NCBI GenBank assembly: GCA_963664395.2
Contig: OY761159.2
Coordinates: 1,024,001-1,088,000, forward strand
Length of the DNA: 64,000 nucleotides
Origin: Candidatus Binatia bacterium
GTDB taxonomy: Bacteria > Desulfobacterota > Binatia > Bin18
Reading direction: 5' to 3'
In this document: piece by piece, positions 30,498 to 40,523 of the stretch
How the letters are laid out: each line of letters begins with the position of its first letter
Numbering within the stretch: the stretch's first letter is position 1
The notes under the pieces: model-generated
Database searches by the model: none
Told to the model about the DNA's origin: nothing
Seen by the model: the letters and a program-made list of their open reading frames with translations, nothing else
Position numbers and translations under genes: made by a program

Positions 30498-31121
30498 TCA
30501 CTCAGTAAAAAGTACCTGACGAGCAAGATGGGCGACCACCGCATCTATCCCGTCGCCCGTCTTGCAGTTTGTCAGCACCACCGGCTTTCCACCACGCACC
30601 TCGACCGCTTCGGCGACCATCTGTTCCAGATCAACACCAACGTAGGGAGCAAGGTCTATTTTGTTGATCACCAGCAGGTCACATTGAAGGATGCCGGGGC
30701 CACGTTTGCGTGGAATATCTCCGCCGCCGGATACATCAATCACAAACATCCAATAATCAACCAGCTCCAAGGCAAAGGTCGAGGCCAGATTATCCCCACC
30801 GCTTTCGAGCAGAATGATATCCAGATTCTGAAAACATTCTTCCAACTCTTCAGCCGCTTCTATATTCAGCGTCGGGTCTTCACGAATGACCGTGTGCGGA
30901 CAGGCGCCGGCTTCAACCCCACGGACACGCTCCGGCGCAATGAGACGAGACTGACGAATTCGATCAGCGTCTTCTTGGGTCACCAGGTCATTGGTAATAA
31001 CCGCCAACTCTGTATTTTGCGCATGCAGGGCGGGAATCAGGCGTTCAACCAGGGCCGTTTTGCCCGACCCAACCGGCCCGCCAATCCCAACCCGGGCGAC
31101 AGAAGATGAGACGCGCGTCAT
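30498..31121 (-). CDS. ureG: Urease accessory GTPase UreG
   Basis: [40 protein letters not shown]. Confidence 0.93.
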   Translation of the reverse strand: MTRVSSSVARVGIGGPVGSGKTALVERLIPALHAQNTELAVITNDLVTQEDADRIRQSRLIAPERVRGVEAGACPHTVIREDPTLNIEAAEELEECFQNLDIILLESGGDNLASTFALELVDYWMFVIDVSGGGDIPRKRGPGILQCDLLVINKIDLAPYVGVDLEQMVAEAVEVRGGKPVVLTNCKTGDGIDAVVAHLARQVLFTE

Positions 31122-31126
31122 AACGG

Positions 31127-32836
31127 TCACCGTAAAAAATACTTTCGGGCGAGCGGGACCTCCACCACAGGGTCGCACGTCATCAGTTCGCCGTCCGCGT
31201 ACACCTCATGCGTGTGCGGATTGACGCTGATGTCCGGACAGGCATCGTTATGCAGCATATCCCTCTTCCCTAATGCGCGCGTATTCCGAATCGGCAACAT
31301 GGGTTTGTGGAGTTCAAGCTTACGCGGAATATCAGCTTCAAGCGCCAAGGAACTGGCGAAGATCGCACTGAGGGCGGACGGCGCGCTGCCCATCGCTCCC
31401 CACATGGGACGTTGGACGATAGGCTCAACCGGAAAGATGCAGCCACTCGCGTCGCCCATGATAGACCAGGCCATAAAGCCGCCTTTCATCACCATCAACG
31501 GCTTGGCGCCAAAAAACGCCGGCCCCCACAACACCATATCCGCCATCTTGCCCGCTTCCAGGGAACCGACGTAATGATCAATGCCCATAGCTCGGGCGGG
31601 GTTGATGGTGTACTTGGCAATATAGCGTTTAATCCGTTCGTTATCGGCGCGCGCCGTCTTTTCCGCGGGGAGACGACCGCGTTGGTCCTTCATTTTACTC
31701 GCCAGCCGCCAGCAATTTGTAATGGTTTCATTCACCCGTCCCATCCCCTGCGTGTCTGCGGCAAACATCGAGATCGCCCCAAGGTCGTGCAAGACATCTT
31801 CCGCGGCCATGGTCTGCGGACGGATACGGCTTTCTGCAAAGGCGACATCTTCCGGCAAGCGCCAGTTCAGCATATGGGCATCCATGGTCATGGGCAGGGC
31901 TTCGTCGAGCGCATTCCGCGAGTAGGGATTGGTTGGATTGGTGGAAGACGGCAGGCAATTGGGTACGCCCGTTACTCGGATGAGATCAGGCGCGTGGCCA
32001 CCTCCGGCCCCCTCAACGTGATACATATGGATCGTCCGCCCGGCGATCGCGGCCAGCGTGTCCTCACAATAGCCAGCCTCGTTGATGGTATCGGTATGGA
32101 GTTGGACTTGAAAGTCGTATTGATCCGCAACCGTGAGCGCGCAGTCTATGGTGGCCGGCATGGCTCCGAAATCTTCGTGAACCTTGATGCCAATCGCCCC
32201 GCCGGCCACACTCTCCTCAATCGCCGCTCCCGCGTGAGAGTTGCCTCGTCCCAGAAAGCCAAAATTCAATGGATACTGTTCACAGGCCTTCAGCATCTTG
32301 GCCAGATTGTTCGGCCCCGCACAGCTGATATCAAAATGCGGCCCCATGGTTCCGCCAATGATGGTCGTAATGCCGCTGGCCAGGGCGTGTTCACACTGCT
32401 GCGGACACAGGAAGTGGGCGTGCGCTTCCACTCCCCCTGGGGTAATGATCAGACCATCGCCGTGCACGATGGTCGTACACGGACCGCAGATCAGTTCAGG
32501 CCGGACACCATCTTGGATAGCGGGATTCCCGGCTTTTCCCACCCCAACGATCTTGCCGTCCTTAATGCCAATATCGCCCTTCACAATGCCCAGCACCGGG
32601 TCAATGATCGTGGCGTTTTGGACAACCATATCCAGCCCGCCTGACGCCGCGGTCGTGTGGGCGTGAAATCCCATCCCGTCGCGCATCACCTTGCCAGCGC
32701 CAGTCATACACTCATCACCATAGACAGCATGATCGTGCTCAACCTCGGCCAGCAGCGAGGTGTCGCCCAGACGCACCATATCCCCCTGTGTTGGCCCATA
32801 CGTAGCCGCATAGGCCGCGCGTGTCAGTCTTGCCAT
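31127..32836 (-). CDS. ureC: Urease alpha subunit-like protein (divergent)
   Basis: [62 protein letters not shown]. The flap motif is atypical. Confidence 0.9.
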   Translation of the reverse strand: MARLTRAAYAATYGPTQGDMVRLGDTSLLAEVEHDHAVYGDECMTGAGKVMRDGMGFHAHTTAASGGLDMVVQNATIIDPVLGIVKGDIGIKDGKIVGVGKAGNPAIQDGVRPELICGPCTTIVHGDGLIITPGGVEAHAHFLCPQQCEHALASGITTIIGGTMGPHFDISCAGPNNLAKMLKACEQYPLNFGFLGRGNSHAGAAIEESVAGGAIGIKVHEDFGAMPATIDCALTVADQYDFQVQLHTDTINEAGYCEDTLAAIAGRTIHMYHVEGAGGGHAPDLIRVTGVPNCLPSSTNPTNPYSRNALDEALPMTMDAHMLNWRLPEDVAFAESRIRPQTMAAEDVLHDLGAISMFAADTQGMGRVNETITNCWRLASKMKDQRGRLPAEKTARADNERIKRYIAKYTINPARAMGIDHYVGSLEAGKMADMVLWGPAFFGAKPLMVMKGGFMAWSIMGDASGCIFPVEPIVQRPMWGAMGSAPSALSAIFASSLALEADIPRKLELHKPMLPIRNTRALGKRDMLHNDACPDISVNPHTHEVYADGELMTCDPVVEVPLARKYFLR

Positions 32837-32849
32837 AATGCAGTCTCTC

Positions 32850-33554
32850 CTATGCGCCCTTAAAGCCTTGTTCTTTGGCCCGTTGGAGAGCGGCCTGCTT
32901 GACCGCTTCGGAATGAATGGACCCATTCGTGAGATTATTGAGACCGGTGACTTCTCCGGTACCACCAATTGTGACCAACCGGGCTTCTTTCTTCATGCCG
33001 GGCTCAAAACGCACAGACGCGCCAGCCGGCACGTCCAGACGCATGCCAAACGCCCGCGCCCGCTCAAACTCCAGGGCTTTATTGGCTTCAAAGAAATGAA
33101 AATGACTGGCGACTTGGATGGCGCGATCCCCGGTATTGATGACATCGAGGGTGAGTGTTGCGCGGCCCTGGTTGAGTGCGATCTCTTCATCCGGCGTGAT
33201 GATCGCGCCCGGTCGCCCATAGGGAGATTCAGGCAGAGGCTCGGAGCCGGGTCGGATCGGATTATACACGGCAATGAGCCTAGTCCCGTCCGCGAACAGC
33301 CCATCCACCATAACCCGGGACACCAGCTCAGCAACGTTGGGCAGCACGTCATCGGTCGTCAGTAGAGTGGACCCCAGGCTCACGAGTTCGGCTACCGATT
33401 TGCCCTCACGCGCGCCCTCAAGCAGCTCATCCGTGATATAGGCAGTGGCTTCGGCGGTATTGAGCTTGAGCCCTTTGGCCTTATGGCGGCGCGCAAGTTC
33501 GGCCGCCATAAAAATAGTCAAGCGTTCGTTTTCTGTGGGTGTGAGGTTGAGCAT
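32850..33554 (-). CDS. ureAB: Urease gamma/beta fusion subunit
   Basis: Gamma: LKLN..EA...EGAREG, F.DGT.L. Beta: [38 protein letters not shown]. Confidence 0.9.
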   Translation of the reverse strand: MLNLTPTENERLTIFMAAELARRHKAKGLKLNTAEATAYITDELLEGAREGKSVAELVSLGSTLLTTDDVLPNVAELVSRVMVDGLFADGTRLIAVYNPIRPGSEPLPESPYGRPGAIITPDEEIALNQGRATLTLDVINTGDRAIQVASHFHFFEANKALEFERARAFGMRLDVPAGASVRFEPGMKKEARLVTIGGTGEVTGLNNLTNGSIHSEAVKQAALQRAKEQGFKGA

Positions 33555-33592
33555 TGTTATTCCCCCTGGAGATAAAGCCTGCGCTGGGCGGG

Positions 33593-34279
33593 TCAATTCG
33601 CAAACAAGCGCGTCGCCTGCGTCTCATGCCGCATCATGGCAATATCCGCAACTGGCGTAAAGCTTGTTAACAATTCAGGCAGGGGTCCGGAAAGAAGTGT
33701 GAGCACGGTCTGTCGTGTCTGCTGAACAATCAGTTGCGCCTGTATATGACTGATAAAGCCGAGCCGGATGGCGACACTCACAAACGCCACGCATTGGATA
33801 TGTCCGGACAGCAGCGTGGCAGTTTCTTCGTCCAGCCCGACCCCTCTCCAGACAAGGCCCTGAACGACAGGGATATGCCCCCACGCCTGCCCGGCTTTGA
33901 CCGCATCCAAATAGGCGGCTGCGTGGGGCGTCCGGAGCCGGGCATGAACGCGCAACAAGGCACGTCCGGTACGACGCGATACGGCACGCAGTTCACGCAC
34001 AAGCGCGAGAGCTTCCACTGCTGCATCAATCCTGGCAATCTCCTCCAGATCGTTTTGGTTGCGGCCCTGTGCCCGATGGGCGCGAATGAGGGCGGGTCGG
34101 TCACACCTTGCCCAACGATGTCGGAGTTGGCCTTGGACGAAGTGCAGCAGTGTATCAGCGTCATGCACGTAGACATCTGCGAACAGCGTCTCCAGTCCCC
34201 ACGAAGCGGCAAAGCCACCGCTGGGGAAAAAGCTATCACCGTGTTGTAGAGCAGTCAGCAGTGCCGTCGGGTCAGTCAT
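33593..34279 (-). CDS. ureF: Urease accessory protein UreF
   Basis: LQ.GDSFFPSGGFA.SWGLE; C-terminal HETQATRLFAN. Confidence 0.9.
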   Translation of the reverse strand: MTDPTALLTALQHGDSFFPSGGFAASWGLETLFADVYVHDADTLLHFVQGQLRHRWARCDRPALIRAHRAQGRNQNDLEEIARIDAAVEALALVRELRAVSRRTGRALLRVHARLRTPHAAAYLDAVKAGQAWGHIPVVQGLVWRGVGLDEETATLLSGHIQCVAFVSVAIRLGFISHIQAQLIVQQTRQTVLTLLSGPLPELLTSFTPVADIAMMRHETQATRLFAN

Positions 34280-34721
34280 GTTCCACTCGCTTCACTCTGC
34301 CACTCGTCAGGAAAGGCACCAGCCGATCAAGATACTCATCTTCCGGTCCTTCTTTGGCAATCAGAATCTGACTATTCGAGAATTTGACGCGCCAATGCAT
34401 GTTGCCGGCAAGATAACCCAACTCAAGTGCGGCGGACGTATCAATGGGACAAAAGGTCAGCCAGGTCTCATCTGTCATCCGAACGACGATGGCCTTATCG
34501 TCTTCGAGATATAGCACAGCTCCGTCACTCAAATATTCATCACGACGCAGAGCAATGGCCACATCCGTCCCGCTATCCGTTGTCGCCCGCAAGCGATGTC
34601 GCTTGGCGTCAGCCCGATCAAGGAGCAGGGTTTCCAGTCCAGCAGCATGGCTGATTGTGTGGAGCCGTTCCGCTATCTCTGGATCAGCGGCATAGCCCAG
34701 GATTGTCGTGATGCGTAGCAT
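34272..34721 (-). CDS. ureE: Urease accessory protein UreE (no His-rich tail)
   Basis: RHRLRATTDSG..VAIAL....L.DG.VL, LGY.AGNMHW. Confidence 0.8.
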   Translation of the reverse strand: MLRITTILGYAADPEIAERLHTISHAAGLETLLLDRADAKRHRLRATTDSGTDVAIALRRDEYLSDGAVLYLEDDKAIVVRMTDETWLTFCPIDTSAALELGYLAGNMHWRVKFSNSQILIAKEGPEDEYLDRLVPFLTSGRVKRVEHD

Positions 34722-34748
34722 TCCTGCTCTCAGTCTCTCTGCGTTGAC

Positions 34749-35051
34749 CTAGCCACGGGCCGTTTTTGCCATAAACGCGCCAGTGGCAATCAAGCAGCCT
34801 CCACTCAAACACCGGGGCCAACGGAATCGGGTGGGCTGCTGAAAAAAGAGTGTGGCTCTACTGGCCAAGACGGCATAGACAGTCAACACCACAAAGACGA
34901 TGAAGATATATGTTACTCCAAGAATAATCTGCTGGCGGACCACATCGGCCCCTGAATCTACGAACTGAGAGAAGAGCGAGAAATAGAACAGCGGGGAGGC
35001 AATAACCAGGAAGGCCGTAAAGATAAAGGCCAGATAGAATTCAATCGTCAT
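34749..35051 (-). pseudogene. LysE/RhtB-type translocator with large in-frame internal deletion
   Basis: N-terminal ...FLVIASP is joined directly to LFYFSLFSQFV; 100 aa versus ~200 aa typical for the family. Confidence 0.6.
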
Positions 35052-35080
35052 ACTGCTTCCTCATTATCTGAGGCCGGCTT

Positions 35081-36541
35081 ATGACACAAACTCGCCTTTG
35101 GCCAGACTCCCTTCTCTCCATTCCCCAAAGGGAGAGGAAAAAGACAAAACCCGCTATGGTAGCGGTGCGTATGACTCCCCCTGCCGCTTCTCCAGACACA
35201 CATCCATTCGTCCACCGTCCCCACCACACATTCATGACCTTCACCTTACCAGTCATGGCCTCCCTGGTAGTCGAGCCGTTTGCAAGCTTGGTTGATACCG
35301 CTTTTGTGGAACGGCTGGGCGTGGCGTCAGCAGCCGGGCTGGGCGCGGCAACTGCGCTGATGTCCGGCGTCCTGTGGATTTTCAATTTCTTGGGCGTAGG
35401 CACGCAAACGGAGGTGGCGCACGCCATCGGGGCAGGCAAGGCGCAACGAGTCGGGAGTGTCGCCAGTCTCGGTTTGATACTCGCCGTCCTTTTAGGACTG
35501 GGCCTGACGTTGCTCACCTGGCCGGGAGTAGAACGTTTCTCTATCTGGATGAGTACGGATATCACTGTTCAAACAGACGCGCAGGTGTATCTCACAATTC
35601 GGCTCCTCGGGGTTGTTCCCAGTCTCGTCGTGACGGCGGCTTTTGGCGTGCTGCGTGGGCTGCAAGATATGAGAATGCCGCTGTGGATCGCTGGGGGGAT
35701 GAGTCTGGTCAATATCGTTCTGGACCCTATTTTGATTTTCGGAATTGGCTCGATTCCGGCACTAGGCATTGCTGGCGCCGCCTGGGCAACGATCCTGAGC
35801 CAGTTTATTGGCATGGCGTGGGCACTTTGGGTTATTGCCAAGCAGACAAAGCTGACTTCTGATTTTGACTGGCATCGGACGCGTCGTTTTTTTCTGATTG
35901 GCCGCGACTTGGCACTCCGCACAGGCTTCGCTCAGATCTTTATGCTGGCCTCAACGTGGACGGCCCTTCAGATTAGCGTCGAGGCCGGGGCAGCGCATCA
36001 AGCCCTGCGTCAGTTGTGGATGTTCTTGGCCTTTCTGCTGGATGCCTACGCCGTCACGGCCCAAAGTCTGATTGGCTATTTCCTTGGCGCGACACGTATG
36101 GACATGGCTCGACGGGCCGCCCGTCTGGCGTGTTGGTGGGCTCTGAGTACCGGCGGCCTTCTTTTACTCGTCCTTGTGGTCTTTGATAATCTCATTGCGT
36201 TTCTTTTAGTCCCTCCGAGCACCCACTCTCTTTTCCTGACCGGACTGCTCATCTGCGCCTTGACCCAGCCACTCAACGCGCTGTCCTTTGTCACCGATGG
36301 TATTCATTGGGGAACTGGCGATTATGCTTATCTGCGTAATGCGATGAGCGCCGCCACGGGTACCGGCGTTCTTTTCCTTATGCTTATCGACCCTACGCAC
36401 ACGCAGGCATTTACGCAGGTATGGCTGGCTATGACCATCTGGATCGTCATCCGTTCGACGTTTGGCCTCCTGCGCGTGTGGCCGGGAATAGGCAATGCGG
36501 TCCTGCGGCTGTCAGCACCACGCTCGGCGGCCCGTCGGTAG
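35081..36541 (+). CDS. MATE family efflux transporter (DinF-like)
   Basis: EP..SLVDTAFV.RLG, G.LRGLQDMR.P, NIVLDP.LIFG, GIAGAAWAT, AAHQ. Start codon uncertain. Confidence 0.88.
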   Translation: MTQTRLWPDSLLSIPQRERKKTKPAMVAVRMTPPAASPDTHPFVHRPHHTFMTFTLPVMASLVVEPFASLVDTAFVERLGVASAAGLGAATALMSGVLWIFNFLGVGTQTEVAHAIGAGKAQRVGSVASLGLILAVLLGLGLTLLTWPGVERFSIWMSTDITVQTDAQVYLTIRLLGVVPSLVVTAAFGVLRGLQDMRMPLWIAGGMSLVNIVLDPILIFGIGSIPALGIAGAAWATILSQFIGMAWALWVIAKQTKLTSDFDWHRTRRFFLIGRDLALRTGFAQIFMLASTWTALQISVEAGAAHQALRQLWMFLAFLLDAYAVTAQSLIGYFLGATRMDMARRAARLACWWALSTGGLLLLVLVVFDNLIAFLLVPPSTHSLFLTGLLICALTQPLNALSFVTDGIHWGTGDYAYLRNAMSAATGTGVLFLMLIDPTHTQAFTQVWLAMTIWIVIRSTFGLLRVWPGIGNAVLRLSAPRSAARR

Positions 36542-36559
36542 AAAAATGTAAACCTCACC

Positions 36560-36946
36560 TTACCCGCCCATTTCCGCGATGCGCAGCGCCATCCATTCTA
36601 CGTACGCCGTACGGGTCATGCCGCGCCTGCGCGCCTCGCCGTCGATAAAGGCAGCGACGCCCTCATCAAGCGTCATATGGGTGCGCACGCTCCGACCCGA
36701 GAGACGGATCAACGGAACGGATATAAGAGTCTGCCCGGCCAGGGGTTCCACCCACTCCAGAGCGCTTGGCGGCGTGACCGCCTCGCCGTCCTTTTCCGCC
36801 TCAATCACATAATCGCGAAGCGCTTCCTCAGCGTTTACCATTGCCTCGTCAATGGTTTTTCCCATGGCGACGATGCCGGGAAGGTCGGGAAACGTAACAC
36901 CATAGTTGCCTTTTTCGCCATCGATCAATGCGGGATACCGGACCAT
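36560..36946 (-). CDS. hicB: HicB antitoxin
   Basis: YGVTFPDLPG..AMG.T.DEA..NA.EAL plus C-terminal RHH-like segment. Confidence 0.88.
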   Translation of the reverse strand: MVRYPALIDGEKGNYGVTFPDLPGIVAMGKTIDEAMVNAEEALRDYVIEAEKDGEAVTPPSALEWVEPLAGQTLISVPLIRLSGRSVRTHMTLDEGVAAFIDGEARRRGMTRTAYVEWMALRIAEMGG

Positions 36947-36970
36947 GCTGGGGTTCTCCTCCAGGGTCGA

Positions 36971-37159
36971 TTATTCCGGCCAGCCCACCTTTTTCGCGAT
37001 TGAGCGGGCGACGCCGGGAGACACTATCGTATGCCTGGGGAGGGTAATGATTCCCTTGATAGACGGGTGCCGATAGATGTCATGACCGGAGCCACGACGC
37101 GCCAGATACCATCCGTCCTTTTCCAGCTCGCGTCTGATCCGGTCCGTTTTAGTTTCCAT
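36971..37159 (-). CDS. hicA: HicA toxin
   Basis: LEKDGW...R.GS.H.IY.HP....IT.P.H....G..RSI.K..GW. Confidence 0.85.
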   Translation of the reverse strand: METKTDRIRRELEKDGWYLARRGSGHDIYRHPSIKGIITLPRHTIVSPGVARSIAKKVGWPE

Positions 37160-37334
37160 TACCGCTTTTCTTTTGCACATATATATGCACCTTTTCGCGA
37201 GAATATATCAAGCCGTTTCGCGCAAAAAATGGGATTGAGAGCTACACATGGGCGTATTAGGGTAACAGCAGGGCTGGAATTTGCTGCGAAGATTATTGCG
37301 AAGATTATATTGAAAGACTGGCAAGGAGGCTGTG

Positions 37335-37787
37335 ATGTCTACCCCGTTCTCTGGTGGTTGCGCGTGTGGCGCGATTCGGTATGAATGTACGGTTGACCCT
37401 GTTTTTTCGTGGAATTGCCACTGTCGGGATTGTCAACGCGCAAGCGGCAGTGCGTTTTGCCCGGTTTCATATGTCCCCAAGACTGCGCTGACTGCGCTCT
37501 CCAGCACCAGAGCAGTCGCCTATTATGAAGTGAAGGCAGAAAGCGGGAATACCGTCCGGCGCGGTTTTTGTCCGCAGTGCGGCTCGCCGGTCTTTATCCT
37601 GGCCGAGCTTGTTCCTGACCTGATAGGCGTCTGGGCCGCAAGCCGAGATGAGCCGGGTCAGTTTCAGCCTGCGGTCAATGTCTGGACCGCGAGCGGGCAT
37701 CCCTGGGATGTGATGCATGCAGCCCTGCCGGCCTGTCCGAAAGCCCCGACCGAAACGGAGATGCAGAAGATACTGGGCTCTCAGTGA
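37335..37787 (+). CDS. GFA (CENP-V) family zinc protein
   Basis: GGCACGAIRY, CHCRDCQR.SG, R.FCPQCGSP. Confidence 0.9.
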   Translation: MSTPFSGGCACGAIRYECTVDPVFSWNCHCRDCQRASGSAFCPVSYVPKTALTALSSTRAVAYYEVKAESGNTVRRGFCPQCGSPVFILAELVPDLIGVWAASRDEPGQFQPAVNVWTASGHPWDVMHAALPACPKAPTETEMQKILGSQ

Positions 37788-37887
37788 TCGGATGCTCTTT
37801 TATTCCCATTCATCTTTCCAACAACACGTCAATAACCAACCGAAGGGATTGGGCGAAGGTCCAGGTGTAAAGATTCCGCATTCTCCC

Positions 37888-37917
37888 TTGACGTGGCTCA
37901 AGCATTTTTCATACAGT
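37888..37917 (+). promoter_or_regulatory. Possible sigma-70 promoter for the rid-amidase genes
   Basis: TTGACG-N18-TACAGT, ~35 nt upstream of ATG 37951. Confidence 0.35.
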
Positions 37918-37950
37918 CAGGATTAATCACACCTAAAAAGGAGACGGGCT

Positions 37951-38358
37951 ATGATCACACGCAGCAACCCGGATGTGGGCTATATTGCGGACGAGGTATT
38001 CCAGACATACGCGTTCACCCAAAACATCAAAGCGGGCAACACGCTTTACCTGTCGGGAGTCACTCCCCTCAAGGGCGACCTTGAAAATGTTGAGGTAGTA
38101 GGCGCCGGAGATATGCGTGCCCAGGTCGCACAAACCCTGGAGATCGTGAAGCGTTGTCTAGCCGCTGAGGGAGCTACTTTCAAAAACTGGGTCGTCCAAA
38201 CAGTCTATACCACGAACATGGCTGAGCTCCAGAAAACGGCCGACGTCTTTCGAGAGGCGTTTGGGGGCTACTCGCCGACGAGTACCTGGGTAGAGATCAA
38301 AGGGTTATTTCATCCCGAACAGATGATCGAGATCAGTGGGATTGCTATTTTAGACTGA
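37951..38358 (+). CDS. Rid (YjgF/YER057c/UK114) family protein
   Basis: AGNTLYLSG, Q..Q.LE.....L.A.G, P.STWV.I.GL..P..MIEI; lacks the catalytic Arg of RidA. Confidence 0.85.
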   Translation: MITRSNPDVGYIADEVFQTYAFTQNIKAGNTLYLSGVTPLKGDLENVEVVGAGDMRAQVAQTLEIVKRCLAAEGATFKNWVVQTVYTTNMAELQKTADVFREAFGGYSPTSTWVEIKGLFHPEQMIEISGIAILD

Positions 38359-38425
38359 GCCGTTCGTCTTTGGCTGAACGGCAACCACGTTCCTTGTTTA
38401 TAGCCTTTCCCGAAGGAGTTACATC

Positions 38426-39871
38426 ATGTCAGATCAATTCGCTCATCTCGATGCCACCGCCCAAGCGGAACTCATCCGAAAAGGTGAAGCCACACCACTT
38501 GAGCTTGTTGATGCCGCGATTGCCCGGGTAGAAAAACTCAACCCTCAGCTCAACGCGGTGATTCACCCGTTGTTTGAAAAGGCACGCACCCAAGCCCAGG
38601 CCGCAGACCTGCCGGACGGTCCCTTTCGAGGCGTTCCGTTTGTGATGAAAGACTTACTCGGGGGTCCGGCAGGAGAGCCGTTGCATAATGGGATGCAGTT
38701 CCTTAAACGGCTGAACTTCACCTCACCGCAAGACACCTATCTGTCGGTAAAGTTTCGTCAGGCCGGCTTTATCAGCGTTGGTCGGACCAACACGCCGGAG
38801 TGGGGGCTGATGGGCACGACCGAACCGGCGGCCTATGGTCCGACCCATAACCCCTGGAATCTCGATCATTCTTCTGGTGGCTCAAGCGGCGGGAGTTCTG
38901 CTTCTGTCGCTGCCCGTATTGTCGCCGTCGGGCATGGTGGCGATGGTGGTGGGTCGCTGCGCATTCCAGCCAGTATGTGTGGCATTGTTGGTCTCAAACC
39001 AAGTCGTGGCCGGGTCTCGTTTGGTCCTGGTATGGGCGAGTGCTGGCATGGGATGGCCAACGAAGGCGTGATGACGCTTTCGGTCCGCGACATGGCGGGC
39101 GTGCTCGATAGTATGCACGGCGTCATGCCCGGCGACCCCTATGCCGCTCCCACGCCGCTACGCCCGTACGCCGACGAGGTCGGGCGCGACCCCGGCAGGC
39201 TGCGTATCGGCCTCATGCTCCAGCGGCCTCGCAACGATGCGCCGCTGCATCCGGAATGCAAAATCGCAGTCGAGCAGACTGGCAAGCTGCTCGAATCGTT
39301 CGGCCATACGGTCGAGATCGCGCATCCCGAAGCGTATGACGAAGCAGAGTGGATTGACCACTGGACCCATGTTGTCAATGCGCACTCAGCCCTGACTGCG
39401 GACGAGATCGAAGCCGCCGCCGGACAGAGAATTGGCGAAGGCGATATTGAGCCGTATGCCTGGCGTTTCGTGGAAGAGGGCCGCAAAATTTCTGCAACCA
39501 GTTATCTTTCATCGATGAACTGGCTGCACGCCTGGGCACGACGCCTGGCAAGTTGGTGGGTCAGTGGCTTTGATCTCCTGGTTACCCCAACTCTTGGCGA
39601 GCCACCCCCGCGCTTAGGCGATATGGGCGGGCCAAGCAATGACAACCTCGCCAAGTGGGAACGCAATCTTGAGGTCATTCCCTTCACGCCGGCGAATAAT
39701 GCCTCAGGCCAGCCAGGTCTGTCGCTGCCGCTCCATTGGACCCCGGACGGCTTGCCGGTCGGGGTGCATTTTGTGCCGGCCTATGGCCAGGAGGATTTGC
39801 TGCTGCGGATCGGCTCCCAGATCGAGCAGGCCCAGCCATGGATGGACAAGCGTCCGCCGGTGTGTGCGTAA
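38426..39871 (+). CDS. Amidase signature family enzyme
   Basis: GVPF.MKDL, GRTNTPE, NPWN....[29 protein letters not shown] (Ser-cisSer-Lys triad). Confidence 0.92.
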   Translation: MSDQFAHLDATAQAELIRKGEATPLELVDAAIARVEKLNPQLNAVIHPLFEKARTQAQAADLPDGPFRGVPFVMKDLLGGPAGEPLHNGMQFLKRLNFTSPQDTYLSVKFRQAGFISVGRTNTPEWGLMGTTEPAAYGPTHNPWNLDHSSGGSSGGSSASVAARIVAVGHGGDGGGSLRIPASMCGIVGLKPSRGRVSFGPGMGECWHGMANEGVMTLSVRDMAGVLDSMHGVMPGDPYAAPTPLRPYADEVGRDPGRLRIGLMLQRPRNDAPLHPECKIAVEQTGKLLESFGHTVEIAHPEAYDEAEWIDHWTHVVNAHSALTADEIEAAAGQRIGEGDIEPYAWRFVEEGRKISATSYLSSMNWLHAWARRLASWWVSGFDLLVTPTLGEPPPRLGDMGGPSNDNLAKWERNLEVIPFTPANNASGQPGLSLPLHWTPDGLPVGVHFVPAYGQEDLLLRIGSQIEQAQPWMDKRPPVCA

Positions 39872-39872
39872 A

Positions 39873-40025
39873 CCCTCACCCCGGCCCTCTCCCTGCGGGA
39901 GAGAGAAATTTTTGTAGGGTGCGCCCTGCGCACCAGCAGGTTGGCGCGGGTGCATAGCGGGTGCATATGATGATACGGTCAGAAGAAACCCACCCCGGCC
40001 TTCGGCCACCCCTCCGAGGAGGGGA
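39873..40025. repeat. Cluster of three different REP-like palindromes
   Basis: CCCTCACCCCGGCCCTCTCCC-TGC-GGGAGAG (39873); GTAGGGTGCGC-CCT-GCGCACC (39914); ACCCACCCCGGCCTTCGGCCACCCCTCCGAGGAGGGG (39988, second copy at 42329). Confidence 0.65.
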
Positions 40026-40088
40026 GCTGAATGAAGAGTTTGGCCAAGAAATGAGTATTAATTCCGTAAAACGTAAGGAGGGAATATC

Positions 40089-40523
40089 ATGGCGACGAAA
40101 AAGGCAACGCAAAAGACCACAACCGCGCAGGACGCAGCCGTTCCAAAAATTATTGATCCGGGCTGGAGCTGGGACGATAAGCTGCCATTAGCCCAAGCCA
40201 AACAAATCGGCAACACCATCTATGTGTCCGGACAGATCGCTTTCAACCCGCAGGGGAGACTCGTGGGCAAAGGCAATATGAAAGCCCAGACGCGTCAGGT
40301 CTTCCGCAATATCAAGGCGGTCCTTGCTGCGGCGGGCGCGAAGATGGAGCATATTATAAAAATCAATACCTATATCACCGACGGCAGCAAGTTCATGGAG
40401 ATGCTCGAAGCGCGCGGAGACATCTTCGGCGACAATCCACCGGCCAGTACCGCCGTTGTGGTGGCCGGCCTGGCCTTTCCGGGACTCCTGATTGAGGTCG
40501 AAGCGATTGCCGTCAAGCCGTAA
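40089..40523 (+). CDS. Rid family protein
   Basis: QA..IGNTIYVSGQ, AQTRQVF.NI..VL..AG, PPAST.V.V.GL..PG.LIEVEAIA; no catalytic Arg. Confidence 0.88.
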   Translation: MATKKATQKTTTAQDAAVPKIIDPGWSWDDKLPLAQAKQIGNTIYVSGQIAFNPQGRLVGKGNMKAQTRQVFRNIKAVLAAAGAKMEHIIKINTYITDGSKFMEMLEARGDIFGDNPPASTAVVVAGLAFPGLLIEVEAIAVKP

